Assembly: GCA_951406725.2 (NCBI GenBank) | Contig: OX597831.1 | Coordinates: 41,726,001 to 41,790,000 of the forward strand | DNA from: Octopus vulgaris | Lineage: Eukaryota | Length of the DNA: 64,000 nucleotides | Direction: 5' to 3' | Part shown: positions 60,400 through 64,000 of the stretch, one piece after another | Numbering within the stretch: position 1 is the first letter of the stretch | Layout of the letters: every line of letters begins with the position of its first letter | Made by a program: the position numbers and the translations under genes | Notes under the pieces: model-generated | Database searches by the model: none | Seen by the model: only the letters and a program-made list of their open reading frames with translations | Told to the model about the DNA's origin: nothing

Positions 60400-61810
60400 T
60401 TGATAACAACACTACAATGAAAATATTCCCAATTAAGCTCCAGTTCTTCAGCTGCCTTGCCACTAATGTCCAACATGCTCTTGATATTGTCCATCCATTA
60501 GGTACTTTGCCAGTCTCTTGATCTACTATCTACTCTTTCTTCGATGATAACGCTTTTCAAGCATCTGCTTCTTCAAATATGGCCATAATAGAGGAGCTTT
60601 TGTTTTTTCATAATGTTCAGTTGTCGTCTTTCACCTACGTCTAACACCCATTCATATGTCCGATGTCCTTGTAAGAAACTCATGACATTCTCATACAACT
60701 TACATTTCGAACGCATTGATTATGTTCTCTTCAAATTTATTCTGAGTCCATACTTCACAACCATAAATGCCTATTAGTCAAATGAGTACTTGCTCTAGTC
60801 TTGTTTTTTGTTGAAGCCCATTCCTTCTAATATTCCAGAGGGCAAAATCTTCCTCCTCTAGAATTTTAAAGCCAGAGTGGCGAAAGAATAGAACACTTGG
60901 ACTGGAACAAACGAAAAAATATTAAAGTGTTGGAAATGTCGACTTCAACGAGAGCCTTCTTCTAAAGAAATGTACCGAACATGACTCCGACTTGACTAAC
61001 GCTCTTTTTCGTAGGAATAATTGCTATAATACTTCCTGTCTGCATCAAAATTCTAAGCACTGGCACAATGGCCCTTATTGTCAGGTCACATGATCATTAA
61101 GATAGACTTCTGGACTGCTGCAAAGCTGCAGTTGGGATTCACAAAAAAAAATCAATGTGGTATTTCTCAAAGACTTGGCAAAGAGGTTTGAATCTCAAGG
61201 AAAAACTTCTTGTCGAATACCTAACAACGATCGTAGAACACTGGGCCTACCGATGGAAGGATTCTATCACTTTAACATGTGAACAGGCTATTGGCAGATA
61301 GGAAAAGCAACATCATGACTGGTTTGAAGTCAACAGTGAAGAAGTACAACACGTTAAAGAGAAGCAGACAGGTGACAGGGTTCTTTTGGAGGATCCCATT
61401 TCCAGCTAAAAGTTAAAATCTAGCAGAAAAACAGGGTTCTGATACAGAAAACTGTGCGCTAAGACAAATGGTGGGAGACAAAGTTATAAATATCCAATGC
61501 CTAGCACACATTAATATTACTAGAGGCTTCTTCAGCGCTAGGAATTTTATCAATAAGTTACAAACCACCAACAAATATCACTTCGATATCTGTGGTAGGG
61601 TATAACTATTCCAAAAATTAATAACATAAACCAACGCTAGAAGGAGCACTTTGAAAAACTCCTAAATCACTATTATTAAATTGATGAAGATATTGTTTTT
61701 CAGCACATCCCATTCAGATGTATTAATGTTGCGCTCAGTACTCCTTCAACCTCTGAAGAAGTTCTGTTTACTTTCCAGTGTCCAAAAGACAATAATGCCA
61801 ATTGACTGTA
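60400..61810. mobile_element. Highly decayed RTE-like LINE fragments on both strands
   Basis: Minus 60400-60800 includes a YGCEVWT motif; plus 60860-61800 is a decayed region between endonuclease and RT. Confidence 0.5.
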
Positions 61811-62151
61811 TTCTGTGGGTTGAACATGCACTGCGGACAGAAAACAAAACTTTCTGAATTGAATAGAGGAAACCTGGAGGATGGACGTAGATGAAACTTT
61901 TCAAAGACATCCTGAAAGAAAGACTAAAAAAATAAAAGAAACTAACTTTTCCACCAACAGTTTCTTTTATCTTTTACTTGTTTCAGTTATTAGACTGCGG
62001 CCATGCTGGGGCACCACCTTGAGAAATTTTAGTCGAATGAATCGAGCCCAGTACATATGCTTTAAAGCCTGGTACGTTTACGGGGGTGTATCCAGCTCAA
62101 CACCAGTGGTCAGACGGTGGTGACTCACACACACACACATTCATATACACG

Positions 62152-62203
<52 letters not shown>

Positions 62204-63399
62204 TGTATGTATGTATGTATATATGTATGTATAAATAATACAGTGATTGTTTCTCGCACTTTCTTATATGCTTGTAAAGTTGAGTTATGTTTCATCTTCT
62301 GTGATGTCATAAATGTATATTCTATGATTAAATGTTCGAGATATGAAATGTTATGTGGATGACCTTGCATTTGTTTGTTCTGTAACCTTAGTTTGATATA
62401 TGTAACTGGTACTTAATTAATCGACCCCGAAAGGATGAAAGGCAAAATCGACGTTGGCGGAATTTGAATTTAGAACGTAACGGCAGACGAAATACCTATT
62501 TCTTTACTACTCACAAGGGGCTAAACACAGAGAGAACAAACAAGGACAGACAAACGGATTAAGTCGATTATATCGACCCCAGTGCGTAACTAGTACTTAT
62601 TTAATCGACTCCGAAAGGATGAAAGGCAAAGTCGACCTCGGCGGAATTTGAACTCAGAACGTAACGGTAGACGAAAAACCGTTACGTTCTGAGTTCAAAT
62701 TCCGCCGAAGTCGACTTTGCCTTTCATCCTGTGCTAACGTTTCTGCCAGCTCGCCGCCTTGGGGATCAAACTTCTTACCACACAGCCACACGTAGGATGT
62801 TTTTCACTCGTGTTAGGGCATCTTCGAATTATCTCATTCACCAAAAAAACAAAGTTGACCCCTATGAAGGCCTCATAATCGAAATTATGAAACCAAGAAG
62901 ATGAAAAGAATGGACCCATCTGTTAAAAACATCTCTCTCTCCTCTCTCTCTCTCTCCTTCCCTATCCTCTCTCTCTCCCTCATTCTTTCCCTATCCTCTC
63001 TCTCCTAGCTTGTTCTGCCCAATCTGTAAGCCCCTTGCGCAAGTATGCCAATAACCGCCTTATCTAGAAGACTAGCAATCATCCTAAATTTCGAAATTGC
63101 TGCGATATTATCTTCTTGTTTACGCGCCTATACACCAGCAGCGTCTGTATATATCTACACAAAGCTTGAAATAAATACTTAAGATAAGATAAACATGTTT
63201 ATGAAGGCGGAGCATAATACCTGAAGATTACGCTGGGAAAAACAACACGTCATTTCAAATGGTACATCGCTTCGTGTACGTTTTCTACATCTTTTATCAT
63301 TTCATTATATGTAAACCCCTACGCTTTATATCAGTCTTAGTATTGTCCTCCTCGTCCGTAATCCTGGTGTCAAATAAAAGAAATCATCATCATCATTAG

Positions 63400-64000
63400 G
63401 CATGCTGTGGCTCCTAATGCGCACACACGCTCTTAGGTTACGTCACCTGCTGCGATTTCTGGACGGTGAGCGTGTGTAGGGCCCGTTTGTGGGGTTCATC
63501 TTTCTGCAGCTCGTCTCCTTGCAGTCCTGGGTGAAGAAAAGGCCGAGACTGGGCGCCTGGCACTTAGAATGTTGTCCGATGCTCACAGCCCTCTACCAGT
63601 CGGGCAGCTGTATCGGTGGATGCTGCACTTTAGAAATGTATAGCAGATTAGTGGCGGGGAAGTGCGACGGCGTTCTTGGGGAGACTCTGGGCGCCGACGA
63701 GAACGAACTGGCTTGTCTGTTCCGGAGGACTTTCCAATTTGGAACTATCATGGATAATTTCCAGATTTTCTTGGCCTGACAGTGCTATAGGTGGGCGCTA
63801 CTGCTTCGAGATAAACTTTACAGGCTCAGATGTGCTGTCAGATGGGCTTGTCCGAGGTGCGCGTAGTGACGAAACCATTCTGCACGCTCTCGTTCAGTGT
63901 CCCGGCATTGCTGACTTGTGGGGTTATGTCGAACAGCTTCTATCACGTGTGGAACGGATTCGTCTGTAATGATGATCGCTCCGCCGCCCTCCAGCAATCG
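63400..64000 (+). mobile_element. Tx1/L1-like LINE fragment (zf-RVT region)
   Basis: DETILHALVQCP...LWGYVEQLLSR motif; homologous to 13300-13760. Confidence 0.7.

Overview
AT-rich, microsatellite- and SINE-dense eukaryotic DNA. The repeat families look like those of Octopus (coleoid cephalopod); this is my recognition, not a search result. The main feature, only partly visible in the ORF track, is a cluster of six paralogous spliced genes (A, B, C, E on +; D, F on -). Each has three coding exons of 88, 115 and 28 nt (phase-1 then phase-2 GT-AG introns); A's first exon is cut by the window start. They encode 76-aa secreted prepropeptides: signal peptide, acidic spacer, KR, then a 49-aa mature peptide with an amphipathic N-terminal segment and an invariant C-x3-C-x11-C-x3-C motif. 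I do not recognise the family. B-F also share a GATA/E-box/TATA promoter, a short non-coding first exon and an upstream RTE-LINE relic. C+D and E+F are two copies of a ~14-17 kb tandem duplication. The rest is transposon debris (RTE, Tx1, hAT, Helitron, Ty3/gypsy, mariner, MITE, SINEs) plus Penelope-like remnants with several type-I hammerhead ribozymes. All coordinates and translations were derived by hand.
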